From positions 799,273 to 863,272 of the forward strand of contig CAWBOK010000003.1 in the NCBI GenBank assembly GCA_963790415.1: a DNA stretch of 64,000 bases, read 5' to 3'. Numbering within the stretch: position 1 is the first letter of the stretch; every line of letters begins with the position of its first letter. Shown in pieces: positions 26,348 through 35,693 of this stretch. The translations under genes and the position numbers were made by a program. The stretch is from an uncultured Actinomycetota bacterium (GTDB lineage: Bacteria; Actinomycetota; Thermoleophilia; RBG-16-64-13). Below the pieces are notes generated by a model. That model did not search any database. It saw only the letters and a list, made by a program, of their open reading frames with translations, and was not told the origin of the DNA.

Positions 26348-28453
26348 CTACGCTGTGGCGGCGGCCCAGTGCTTGAGATTGCGGTATATGGATGCCGCGC
26401 CGACAAGTTCCTGCTCGATCAGATCGAACTCCGACGGGTACATGAGGAAAGGCCGGCTTTGTTCCCCGCCGAGGCCGCCGTGGTTGCCGACGAGTTCCTC
26501 GAAGGCGGCGTTCTGGTCTTCTTCGGGCCAGTAGGTGCTTATCACCAGGATGTCCGGGCACGTGGGGAAGCCATGGGTGCGAAGCAGGTGACGGCCGGGA
26601 GACGATCCATAGACGGCGAGGGGGTCTTCGCCCTCCACTCGGCCGTCTCCCACGTAGTGACGTCCGCCGTCACCGATCGCCACGGGTCCGTCCTTCTCGG
26701 TGGCCACCATCACGAAACCGATGCCGGGATGACCGGTCAAGCCGTCGATCAGTCCGGGATTATCTCGCTCCATTTCCTCCAGGGTCACGCGGTGCGGGAC
26801 CTTGCAGAACGAGATCAGCCCGGTGTTGCCCGAGGCCAGCACCACCAGGTCCGTGGTGTCGGTCGGGGGGGCGGCGTCGGCCGCGAGTCGGCGCCTGACG
26901 GCCTTGCCGATCCGCCCGCGGGCGAACCCGGATTCCTCCAAGGCGGAATCGACGGTCGACACGTGCTCCCAGTCGCTCTGGCCTTCCGAGACGCCGGCCC
27001 CTGCGCCTTCCGTGGCATACGTGCTGGCGCCGCCCACCGTCGCCCTCTCCCCGAGAAGAGCCTGCACGTGGGATTCCAGGGTGAGCCCGTACCGCTGGAG
27101 GAACGTGGCCCCCTGGGTCTGCCCATGGTCGGAGAGGACCACGAACCGGTAGTCGCGGGCGGCCATCTGCGCCGAGGCCTCGAGCTTCTTGAAGCGGGAA
27201 TCGAGCTTCCTGAGCACGCTGAGGGCATCGTGCCGGTCGAGTCCGGAATGGTGGGCTACTTCGTCGTAGCCGGCGAGGGTGGCGTAGCAGAAGGGCACTC
27301 CCGAGAGCATGTCGCCCTCGACTGTGTAGAGACTGAAGTCGCGCAGGGCCACGGTCATGGCGGCACGCACGAGAGAGTACTGGAAGTGCCGGTTGATGCG
27401 CGGCTCCTCCTTGCGGAGGCGTTGTAGCCACTTGGCTCCGGTCTCCAGCAGGATCTCCCATCCGACCAAGACGAGCGTGCGGGTGAAGTTCGTGGGCGAG
27501 AAGAAGAAGGAGCGATAGCTCTCCACTCTCTCCTCGCGGATGCGGCTTGCTACCAGCATCACCTGGTCGGCATCGCCCGAGAGCATGCTGGCACGGGCTG
27601 TGCCCCCGTGAGCCAAGAGTCCCTCGCCGTCGGACAGGGAGTTCTCGAGGCTCGCGACGTCGCGGGGCTTGCTGGACACCACGACCCGTCCCAGGCTCTT
27701 GTCGAACCAGCGGAACGCGGGTATGCCGGTGTTGTTGCCGTGCAGGATACCGGCTTGGGAGGCGCTGGTCTGCGACGAGAGGTCGCACTCCCAACCCACC
27801 AGCGTGTGCGAGCCGGAATCGAGCCAGCGTTTGAGGGTCGGTGCCTTTCCGCGGGCGATTGCCCGCAGCAGTGCGTCGTGAGACAGTCCGTCGATCTCGA
27901 GGAAGATGACCCCCGGTTTGCCTTTGATTGAGGAGTCGAGCGTGCGACCTCGCATGCGCCGCTGAAGCCTTCTCCAGAGCTGGACGTCACTGAAGGGGAT
28001 GAGTCCTAGGAGTATGGTCAGGAGAATGCTGAGGACTACCGAGTAGACGATGGCCCACCACAGGCCGTCCACTGTCAGGGCGGGCGAGATCCAGGAGACG
28101 ATGAGGATGATGAGGCCGTTGACCAACAGAGCCGCCAAGCCCGCCGTCCAGACAGCCACTTTCAGGAAGTAGCGGATAAAGAGCGGCCAGACGACCACGG
28201 TCACTACAATGAGGGTGAGCGCGAGGCTTCCCGGGGTGCGGGCTCCGGCCACCGAGACGCCGGGGACTATCCTGGCTGCGACCCACAGCGCCACGGAGAA
28301 CAGGAACAGGATCACGATCAGACGAAGGACGGCGAGCCCTATCTGCAACCAAAGGGGGCGAGCATGTGTCTCGCCCTCGCGCTCCCCTGAGACCCCCGTC
28401 TTGTCGGGGGGTCCGTTCTGCGTTGGTGACGCCTTCGGGTCCATGGGCGCCAT
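26348..28453 (-). CDS. Fusion protein: N-terminal holin-IV/DUF360-like membrane domain plus alkaline-phosphatase-superfamily phosphodiesterase (NPP type)
   Basis: 701 aa. The N-terminal TM region resembles PF04020, followed by GVIFLEIDGLSHDALLRAIARGKAPTLKRWL and the AP-superfamily core. Confidence 0.7.
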   Translation of the reverse strand: MAPMDPKASPTQNGPPDKTGVSGEREGETHARPLWLQIGLAVLRLIVILFLFSVALWVAARIVPGVSVAGARTPGSLALTLIVVTVVVWPLFIRYFLKVAVWTAGLAALLVNGLIILIVSWISPALTVDGLWWAIVYSVVLSILLTILLGLIPFSDVQLWRRLQRRMRGRTLDSSIKGKPGVIFLEIDGLSHDALLRAIARGKAPTLKRWLDSGSHTLVGWECDLSSQTSASQAGILHGNNTGIPAFRWFDKSLGRVVVSSKPRDVASLENSLSDGEGLLAHGGTARASMLSGDADQVMLVASRIREERVESYRSFFFSPTNFTRTLVLVGWEILLETGAKWLQRLRKEEPRINRHFQYSLVRAAMTVALRDFSLYTVEGDMLSGVPFCYATLAGYDEVAHHSGLDRHDALSVLRKLDSRFKKLEASAQMAARDYRFVVLSDHGQTQGATFLQRYGLTLESHVQALLGERATVGGASTYATEGAGAGVSEGQSDWEHVSTVDSALEESGFARGRIGKAVRRRLAADAAPPTDTTDLVVLASGNTGLISFCKVPHRVTLEEMERDNPGLIDGLTGHPGIGFVMVATEKDGPVAIGDGGRHYVGDGRVEGEDPLAVYGSSPGRHLLRTHGFPTCPDILVISTYWPEEDQNAAFEELVGNHGGLGGEQSRPFLMYPSEFDLIEQELVGAASIYRNLKHWAAATA

Positions 28454-28492
28454 CTTATCAAACCGCCGCGAGGCCCGTGTGCACCGCGCAAG

Positions 28493-28843
28493 TCACCTCA
28501 GGAAGAACCACCATACGCCGGCGCCCGCCCACAGCGCGGTACTCACGGTCAGCACGACGAGGAACATGGGGTGCCGGGTCTTGTGCCGGAAGACGGCGCG
28601 GCCGGCCCATCCTCCCGGGAAGCCACCGATGAGCGCCAGACCATGCAGCACCAGCTCGGGTGTCCGCAGGCTGCCCGCACGGGCTGCTCGCTTGTCGAGA
28701 CCGTACACGGCGAAGGTCGTCAGACTCCAAGCGATGAGCCAAGAGACTACCCGATCGAGCCCCGTGCCCAGCTCCAACACGAGCAACAGGGGTATGCCTA
28801 TGGCGGCGGCAAGAACGACAGCTCTTCGGTACGGACTACTCAA
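28493..28843 (-). CDS. DUF1294 domain membrane protein
   Basis: FAVYGLDKRAARAGSLRTPELVLHGLALIGGFPGGWAGRAVFRHKTRHPMF. I favour the TTG start at 28843, which overlaps the upstream TAG (ATTGAGTAG). The track start at 28918 is an alternative. Confidence 0.75.
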   Translation of the reverse strand: MSSPYRRAVVLAAAIGIPLLLVLELGTGLDRVVSWLIAWSLTTFAVYGLDKRAARAGSLRTPELVLHGLALIGGFPGGWAGRAVFRHKTRHPMFLVVLTVSTALWAGAGVWWFFLR

Positions 28844-29840
28844 TCGGAGCCTCGCCGGCGTCACGCGGAGCTTCCTCTGGGTCATCCGGAGCTTCCTCCG
28901 GGTCGCACGGAGTCTCATCCGGGGCGCGCGGCAGTGACAGCGAGGCGCCGGGCGCGACCACGTGCACCTCGACGTCTGGGGCCAGTCGAGCGGCGTGGTG
29001 GGCGAATTCTTCGGGCGGTCCCGTCAGGAGCTCCGGCTTGAGGAGGTGCACGCCCTGCGGCAGGAGCGAGCCCCAATGGATGGGCACCGCGACCCGCGGC
29101 CGCAGCAGCTCGAGCGCCCGAGCGGCGTCGCGGGGGCTCAGGTGGTCCTCCGTCATGCGCCCCCAGCCCCACACGGGCAGCAGGGCTACGTCGATGTGGT
29201 CCGAGATCGCCTGCATGCCCTGGAAGAGAGATGTGTCGCCGGCGAAGTACACCTGCCGGCTCCCCGTGATGAGGAAGCCGACAGCGCCGGTGGGCGGGCT
29301 CCAAGGGTACCGCCGCCCATCGTGCTCGGCGTGGGTGGCAGTGACTTCCAGGGCGCCGACAGTGACCGATTGCCCCGGCGTCATCTCTACCACGTGACGG
29401 AAGTGGTAGCGGCGGAGCACGTCGCGGCCACCCTCGGGCACGAGGAGGGGTGTCTCGGGCGGTATAAGCCACAACGAGGCCGGGTTGAGATGGTCGAGGT
29501 GAAAGTGCGACACCACCACTGCATCGAGGAGTGGCAGCACCCCCAGGTCGAGGTCGGGCGCGTGTCTGCGCAGTGCCCGGAACTGAAAGCGCAGGACCGG
29601 ATCGGTGAGTATCCTCGTGCCGTCCATGTCGATCAGCACGGTGGCGTGGCCGACGTACGTGAGCACGAGCTGCCCCGACTCGGAGCCGGACGCCCGACGC
29701 ATTCTCTGGTCAGGGCTCAGAGGCTGGGTATCCAGCCGGAGGTTGGCGGCCCGGCGGTAGTAGCGACGCGCATGGTCGGCCGACCACTGTGTGGGAGTCC
29801 TGCCGAGGCGCGTCGTCGAGGTTCCGTGAGTCCCCGCCAT
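28836..29840 (-). CDS. MBL-fold metallo-hydrolase with acidic Pro-rich repeat tail
   Basis: LVLTYVGHATVLIDMDGTRILTDP...AVVVSHFHLDHL...FAGDT. I favour the start at the ATG at 29840 (MAGTHG...). The track start at 30005 would overlap the ATPase gene. Confidence 0.75.
   Translation of the reverse strand: MAGTHGTSTTRLGRTPTQWSADHARRYYRRAANLRLDTQPLSPDQRMRRASGSESGQLVLTYVGHATVLIDMDGTRILTDPVLRFQFRALRRHAPDLDLGVLPLLDAVVVSHFHLDHLNPASLWLIPPETPLLVPEGGRDVLRRYHFRHVVEMTPGQSVTVGALEVTATHAEHDGRRYPWSPPTGAVGFLITGSRQVYFAGDTSLFQGMQAISDHIDVALLPVWGWGRMTEDHLSPRDAARALELLRPRVAVPIHWGSLLPQGVHLLKPELLTGPPEEFAHHAARLAPDVEVHVVAPGASLSLPRAPDETPCDPEEAPDDPEEAPRDAGEAPIE
28845..28928. repeat. Four tandem 21-bp units (CGGAGCTTCCTCNGGGTCNNN)
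   Basis: Units lie at 28845, 28866, 28887 and 28908. On the minus strand they encode heptad repeats (DETPCDP/EEAPDDP/EEAPRDA/GEAP) at the C-terminal tail of the MBL-fold protein. Confidence 0.8.
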
Positions 29841-29976
29841 CTTGGCTATGGCCTCGCTGTGCCCATGCCGGCCCGAACATCGATCATTGTTTGTCCGCCC
29901 ATTCCAAGTGAATCTCCCCAGTTGTGCCGTGCCGTACGGGGCGGCTCCAACCATATCGTATGCATGCACCTGGAAG

Positions 29977-32540
29977 TCAAGCGTGGGGCGTGCCCAGTTC
30001 GCCATGCCGCCGCAGCTTCAGGGTCTCGAACCAGGCCACGCTGAACAATCCGGCGCCCAGGGCGATGAGCACCTCGATGTATCCGAGAGGCGAGAATCCG
30101 AAGAGCGAGCGGGCGGGAGGCAGGGTCAGCAGCAGGGTCAAGAAGACCCCCGTCGCCGCCATCACCCACCAGAGTGCCTTGTTCCCGCTGCGCAACACGG
30201 AGAGTATCGACCGGGACCAGGACAGATTGGTGAGGATGAGGCCCACGTTCGCCACCACGAGCGTGGTGAACGTCAAGGCCCTGGTCTCGCCCTCCGTGGC
30301 TCCGCGGGCAAGCGAGAGCGCGTAGACGCACGCGACCACCGCGAGGACCACGAGTCCCTGAGTCACACTTGCGCCGATGATGCGGCGGCTGAAAAGGCGC
30401 TCGCCCAGCGGGCGGGGCCTGCGACCCATGATCGTGGGCTCCTCCTTCTCGGCTTCGAACACCACCGAGCAGGCGGGGTCGATGATCAGCTCGAGGAAGG
30501 CGATATGCACCGGCGTCAGCACCAATGGCGTCCCGAAGAACACGGGCAGCAGCGTCATGCCGGCTATGGGCACGTGCACCGCCAGGATGTAGGCCATGGC
30601 CTTCTTGAGGTTGTCGTAGATGCGTCGGCCGAGCCTCACCCCGGCGACGATGGACGTGAAATCGTCATCTGTGAGGACGATGTCGGAGGCTTCGCGAGCC
30701 ACGTCGGTGCCTCGTCCGCCCATCGCGATACCGATGCCCGCCGCCTTCAGTGCCGGCGCGTCGTTGACGCCGTCGCCCGTCATGCCCACGACTTCACCGT
30801 TGGCCTTCAATGCCTGCACCAGGCGGAGCTTCTGCTCGGGCACCGTGCGGGCGAAGATGGTGGTCGTGCGGATGCGGTCGGCTGAGCTCTTCGTCGCTCA
30901 TCACCTCCAGCTCCGTCCCGGTGATGATGCCGGTGCCCTCGTCCAGTCCCACCTGCCGGGCGATCGCGCGGGCTGTTCCCGGATAGTCCCCCGTGATCAT
31001 GACCACCCGGATGCCCGCGCTCCGGCACTCGGCTACCGACTGACGCACGCCGTCCCGCACCGGATCGGCCAGGCCCACCAGACCCAGGAACTCGAAGTCG
31101 AAGTCGTGCTGTGAGGTGGGGAGAGGATCGCCTCCGACGACGAGCCCCGTGCGACGCCGAGCACCCTCAGGCCGTCGTCCGTCATGGCCGCCAGTCTCTC
31201 GTGCAGCCGCGTGACGTGCGTCGGGTCGAAATGACAGAGGTCGGCGACCGCTTCCGGAGCGCCCTTGACGGCTATGATCCGCTGCCCCGTGGATGGCGAC
31301 TGCCACACTCGGGAAAGGGAGAGGAGGTCGTCCGTGAGCGGATACTCGGCCACCAGATCCCAGTCCTCGTGCAGGTGTTCCGTTCCGGAGAGCGTGGCCG
31401 CGCCGAACTCCCGGAAGGCGATCTCCATCGGATCGAACGGCTTCCTCTTGCTCGCGAGCATGGCGAACTCCATCAGTTCGTGGAGCTCATCGGGGACGGT
31501 CGTCGTCGTCCGTGCCGGGCGAGAAGGTCGTCGCGCCGTCGTCCAGGCGGGCCACCGACATCCGGTTCTGTGTGAGGGTGCCTGTCTTGTCGACGCACAA
31601 GACCGTGACCGAGCCCACGGTCTCCACGGCGGGCATCCGCCGGGTGAGCACCTGATTCTGCGACAGTCTCCACGCACCGAGGGCGAGGAAGACGGTCAGG
31701 ACCACGGGGAACTCTTCAGGCAGCATGGCCATGGCCAGCGTGATGCCCGCCAGGAAACCGTTGAGCCAATCCCCCCGGGTCAGACCGTAGACGATCACCA
31801 CGAGCGCGCACAGACCCACGCCGACCAGGGCGAGGATCGAACACCAACCGGTCGATCTCGCGCTGAAGCCGCGTGCGCTCCGGCTCGAGGGTCACCAGGG
31901 CCTTGCCGATGGCGCCGATCTCCGTGGCGGCTCCGGTGGCGCGGACGAGGACGGTTGCCTGACCGCCGACCACGAGCGTGCCGGAGTAGACGAAGCAGGT
32001 GCCGTCGCCGCCGGGGCGCGCCTGTTCCTCGTCCTCGGGCTCGAGCGAGCGGCGCTTCCCGACGGGGACTGATTCTCCGGTCAGCAGCGATTCGTCCACC
32101 CGCAGGTTGGAACCGGCCAGCAGCACGGCATCGGCCGGCACGCGGTCGCCTTCCGCCAGGATCACCAGGTCGCCGGTCACGACCTCCCGCCCCGGGATGC
32201 GAAACTCCCGGCCGTCTCGGATGACCAGCGCGCGGGGGCTCGACAGGTCGCGGAGGGCTTCGAGCGCCCGTTCGGTCTTGTGTTCCTGGTAGAGGGTGAT
32301 GCCGATGACCACGAACACGAACGTCAGCAGCAGGAGCGCCTCTTCGACGTCACCGAGCAGGAGGTAGATGGCTCCGCACGCCACCAGCAGCAGAAGCATC
32401 GGCTCGCGCAGCACTCCGGCGATCAGCCCGAGGATGCCGGAACGCTTGGCTGTGGGTAGCTCGTTTGCTCCTTCCGTGAGTAGGCGGCGGGCTGCTTCTT
32501 CGTCGCTGAGGCCGAGGAGAGGCTGCGCGGTCGTGGCCAC
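29977..32540 (-). pseudogene. P-type cation-transporting ATPase (IIA/Ca2+-type-like) with at least four frameshifts
   Basis: Five track ORFs tile one ATPase. Motifs are TGES, CVDKTGTLTQN, MITGDYPGTA and GMTGDGVNDAPALK. Frame changes lie near 31835-31845, 31495-31505, 31125-31140 and 30880-30892. Confidence 0.8.
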
Positions 32541-32563
32541 GAGCGAGACGACCCGACCCTCTG

Positions 32564-32843
32564 TCAGTCTTCCCCTCCGCCGCCGATGGTGTCCATCAGG
32601 CCGCCGAGCAGCCCTCCCTTTTTCTTCTTCGGTTGCGTCTGGCGGTCGCCGTAGTCCTCGTCATCGCGGGAGATCTTCTCGGTGTCGCGGGAGGTCGGTC
32701 CCGGTGCCACCGCCGGTCGTCTCGATGATCGTCTCAAGCTCTCCTCGATCGAGCCATACGCCCTTGCATCCGGGGCAGATCTCAACCTCGACGCCGTATT
32801 TCTCGACTGCCCGTAGCCGTTCGCCGCAAACTGGGCATTCCAT
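32564..32843 (-). pseudogene. TFIIB-type zinc-ribbon protein (zf-TFIIB, PF13453-like), one frameshift
   Basis: MECPVCGERLRAVEKYGVEVEICPGCKGVWLDRGELETII, then a frame change near 32693-32708 into ...RDDEDYGDRQTQPKKKKGGLLGGLMD. GAGGAGGAGG RBS. Confidence 0.65.
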
Positions 32844-32939
32844 GGTGTTCCTCCTCCTCAGCTGCGTGTCACTAGGCAAGAAACGGGGCTTTACAGGCCA
32901 CATGCCACCGTCGCTTGCTGTGAAGCATATCACGAACAT

Positions 32940-33020
32940 TGTTCTCTTCAGTAGTAAGCTATGCCTTACGTATAGTCGTTACATATATCTAACAGATGTT
33001 GTTTGGTATATATAAGGAAC
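32940..33020 (-). promoter_or_regulatory. AT-rich promoter region upstream of the zinc-ribbon/ATPase genes
   Basis: The lowest-G+C stretch in the window (…GTAAGCTATGCCTTACGTATAGTCGTTACATATATCTAACAG…). It contains the small IR GTAAG-N6-CTTAC. No confident -35/-10 assignment. Confidence 0.3.
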
Positions 33021-33135
33021 GTATCCGAATAAGGAGAGCCGCGACAGCAAAGGCGCCGAGGGCTGCGACACGATTGTGTGCGTCACGGCCTTCGGCGCCT
33101 GTTGGCGGCTCTTCAGCGATTGGTGATCTCAGCGG

Positions 33136-33717
33136 CTAGCGTGATGAGATCCGTCGATCCCGCCTCCGGTCTGCCCATTCCTCGAACACTCCGAGGCTGA
33201 GGCCGAAGAGAAGGTACGCGGAGAGGACCATCCAGAGACGGAAACCGTCGGCCTCCCCGTTGTAGAAGACCTTGTAGATCCGGGAATCGAAGTAGAGGGT
33301 CTCGAACGCCGTGGATGCGCCGAGCATGACGCTTGTAAGAGGCAGCACCACGTACTGCATCACCAGCCACAGGACGCCACCGTAAACGAGGCCGCTGAGC
33401 ACCGGCTCGACCTTTACGTACGAGAACGTGTACGCCCATACTGCGCCGAAGAGAGCTGCCACCGCCAAATGGGTGAGAAGCCCAACAAGGATGACCGTCG
33501 TGCCGGTCGTGAAGGCCCCATACCAGATGGATCCGATGAGCTCGAGCGGTCGGAAGAATCCGTCGCCCGTGATGGCCATCGCCACCATGAGAAAGAGGGC
33601 CATGACCGCGCTTGCCACCAGGCCGCCGATGATGCCGTGCTGCCAGGCGACCGTTCTGTGGGCGGCAAGCCGCCTATCTAGCGAACGGTCTATGGAGAGT
33701 TCTGCCATGTCGTTCAC
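33136..33717 (-). CDS. Hypothetical polytopic membrane protein
   Basis: 193 aa with about 5 TM segments and good GC3. No family recognised. Confidence 0.5.
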   Translation of the reverse strand: MNDMAELSIDRSLDRRLAAHRTVAWQHGIIGGLVASAVMALFLMVAMAITGDGFFRPLELIGSIWYGAFTTGTTVILVGLLTHLAVAALFGAVWAYTFSYVKVEPVLSGLVYGGVLWLVMQYVVLPLTSVMLGASTAFETLYFDSRIYKVFYNGEADGFRLWMVLSAYLLFGLSLGVFEEWADRRRDRRISSR

Positions 33718-33800
33718 CTCCCAGAGGGTGCCCGCCGCAAGGGTCGAAGCGGGCGTGCCACGAGCCAGTCCAACGTGGACGGGCCGGTGGTGTATGTCTA

Positions 33801-33837
33801 CCGTTTACACTTCCCTCATGATAGTAAGGGTAAACGG
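33801..33837 (-). terminator. Hairpin CCGTTTAC...GTAAACGG in an AT-rich spacer
   Basis: 8-bp perfect stem plus an inner CCCT/AGGG pair. It lies about 60 nt downstream of the stop at 33895. No U-tract. Confidence 0.35.
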
Positions 33838-33894
33838 AAGGCGTGGCGGCCGGATTCGATCACGCGGCAACCGTCAGGAGACGCTGAAGTTCGC

Positions 33895-34590
33895 TCAGAT
33901 GTCGCTCGCCCTCTCTGTGACCTGACCGCGCAGGTTCATGATCAGGAAGTAGGAGCTGACCGCCAGCACCCATGCCGGGAACACGAAGGTCACCAGCTGA
34001 AAGTAGCCCACGCTCAGCAGCAGGATCAGCGCCAGCGCATACGTAGCCAGAGCCCAGGCGCGATGCATCAGACCGGTGCGCATCCAGATGGTCGCTAGAG
34101 AGATCATGAACACGCCCGCCATACGGATGGCATAGATGTTGACGATGTCGTACATCACCGCTCGGCTGTACGTGTACAAGCCGCCGTCTGTCAGGATGCT
34201 CGGCTGACTTGCGTACGCTTTGAGCAGTCCGCCGGCGAGGGCTGCGCCCGCAAAGGTCATGGCCAGAAACAGCAGGCCGCTACCCAGGAACACTGTTGCA
34301 AAGAAGCGGTCTTCCAGGGCGCCAAGACGGTCGCGGATCACGCCGATGAACCACAGGAAGGCAATGCCGGAGAAGGGCACCAGGTTCAGAGCCAGAGAGA
34401 CCTTATCCGCGTTGGTCTCGAGCCAGGCATTGTCGGCCTGTATGTCGGCAGGTATCGAGACACGGATGAGCGCCAGGGCGGAGCCGTAGAGCAGCGCGAA
34501 GAGGATACCGGCGATGGCCGCCGAGCGCGGTGCTTTGAGCGACTTGATGATCTCTGTGCGTTGAGAATCGGATATGGCGCGTCTTTTCAA
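33895..34590 (-). CDS. Hypothetical polytopic membrane protein
   Basis: The membrane-like part of track ORF 33895..35142. I place the start at the TTG at 34590 (GGAAAGAGAG upstream), because the upstream part overlaps the NUDIX gene out of frame. Confidence 0.5.
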   Translation of the reverse strand: MKRRAISDSQRTEIIKSLKAPRSAAIAGILFALLYGSALALIRVSIPADIQADNAWLETNADKVSLALNLVPFSGIAFLWFIGVIRDRLGALEDRFFATVFLGSGLLFLAMTFAGAALAGGLLKAYASQPSILTDGGLYTYSRAVMYDIVNIYAIRMAGVFMISLATIWMRTGLMHRAWALATYALALILLLSVGYFQLVTFVFPAWVLAVSSYFLIMNLRGQVTERASDI

Positions 34591-34631
34591 GGAGTCTCTC
34601 TTTCCTGTGTCGCATGACGGATGGGGCCCTC

Positions 34632-35666
34632 TTACCGCTCGTTCTCGGCGAAACCGCGAGCAACATAGTAGATAGCCCGGTCGAAGAAGGAGTTCACCAG
34701 GAAGCTGAGTTCCAGGAGCTGGTAGGCATCCACGGGGGTCTCGAAGGCGCCCAAGGTGCGACTGAAGCGCCAGACATGCAATTTGAGCAGCGATATGGAG
34801 CTGAGTACTTCGTGCAGGTGGCATCCTTCCGCCGCCCGCCGAGCTCCCAGTGCCCGGTAGAAGGTGCTCACCTCCTCGGCGGCCGCGTCGCCCCTCATCC
34901 ACGCGTCGAGACGTGACAGGGCCGTGCGCGAGGTATCGCGCATCTCCTCGGGATCGAGGTGCCGGTAGCATAGGGTCGTGGGGCTGGTCAGCATCTCGTC
35001 GAACCAGGCTTGGGCGATGCTCGCGGAGTGTTCCTCTATCACCCGGATGGCCGGAGTCGACAACAGAGGGACATCGTGGCCGTGTTGGACCGCCTGGAAC
35101 GAGTCCTGGATGCGCCACTCGTCGCGGTGGAGCCCGACGCATGCGTCAATGGCATGCTGGTTCGCGCGGAACGCTAGTGGTGGGAGGCCGTCGAGGGGGA
35201 AGTAGTCGACCTGCTCGGCGTCGTCACCGGCGCGTTCCGCACCTCCGGTCTTGACCACCTCGAAGCTGACGATCAGAAGATCGCCGTAGAAGGCGCTGCG
35301 GTAGGAGTCCGCGTGAAGGAGCTTCACCACCCTCCCGGTGATGCCCGCTTCTTCCTTCAGCTCGCGGGCGGCCGCTTCGCCGATGGACTCGTCGATCTCG
35401 GCGAAGCCCATGGGCAGGCACCACATGCCCTGGTTGGGCTCCCGGGCTCTTTTCACCAACAGGACTCGGCGGTCGGCGTTCAGCACCACGTTGGCCGCCA
35501 CCGGTAGGGGGTTGTGGTAGTGCACGTAGCCGCACGACGCGCAGGTCTCGCGGACGCGTCCGTCGTCTCGACGCGGCTCCACCGGCCCGCCACACTCGGC
35601 GCAGAACAGAGCGGTCACCCCATGTGCCTCCCGCCGGATCCACGATCGTCCCGTCGACACAACCAT
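34632..35666 (-). CDS. NUDIX hydrolase with N-terminal zinc ribbon, fused to a C-terminal RsbRD_N-like (sensor-globin-type) domain
   Basis: CAECGG...CASCGY, then the NUDIX box GMWCLPMGFAEIDESIGEAAARELKEEAGI. The C-terminal half reads IAQAWFDEMLTS...FYRALGARRAAEGCHLHEVLSSISLLK. The likely true start is the GTG at 35618, preceded by GGGAGG. Confidence 0.7.
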   Translation of the reverse strand: MVVSTGRSWIRREAHGVTALFCAECGGPVEPRRDDGRVRETCASCGYVHYHNPLPVAANVVLNADRRVLLVKRAREPNQGMWCLPMGFAEIDESIGEAAARELKEEAGITGRVVKLLHADSYRSAFYGDLLIVSFEVVKTGGAERAGDDAEQVDYFPLDGLPPLAFRANQHAIDACVGLHRDEWRIQDSFQAVQHGHDVPLLSTPAIRVIEEHSASIAQAWFDEMLTSPTTLCYRHLDPEEMRDTSRTALSRLDAWMRGDAAAEEVSTFYRALGARRAAEGCHLHEVLSSISLLKLHVWRFSRTLGAFETPVDAYQLLELSFLVNSFFDRAIYYVARGFAENER

Positions 35667-35693
35667 ATCTCAGGCCACGCCGCGCGTCGACCG

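Noticed and set aside
33895-35142. 415-aa ORF treated as one protein
   Set aside because: Its first ~180 residues are an out-of-frame overlap with the 3' half of the NUDIX gene (an Arg/Pro/Gly-rich string). Only the membrane part from the TTG at 34590 looks genuine.
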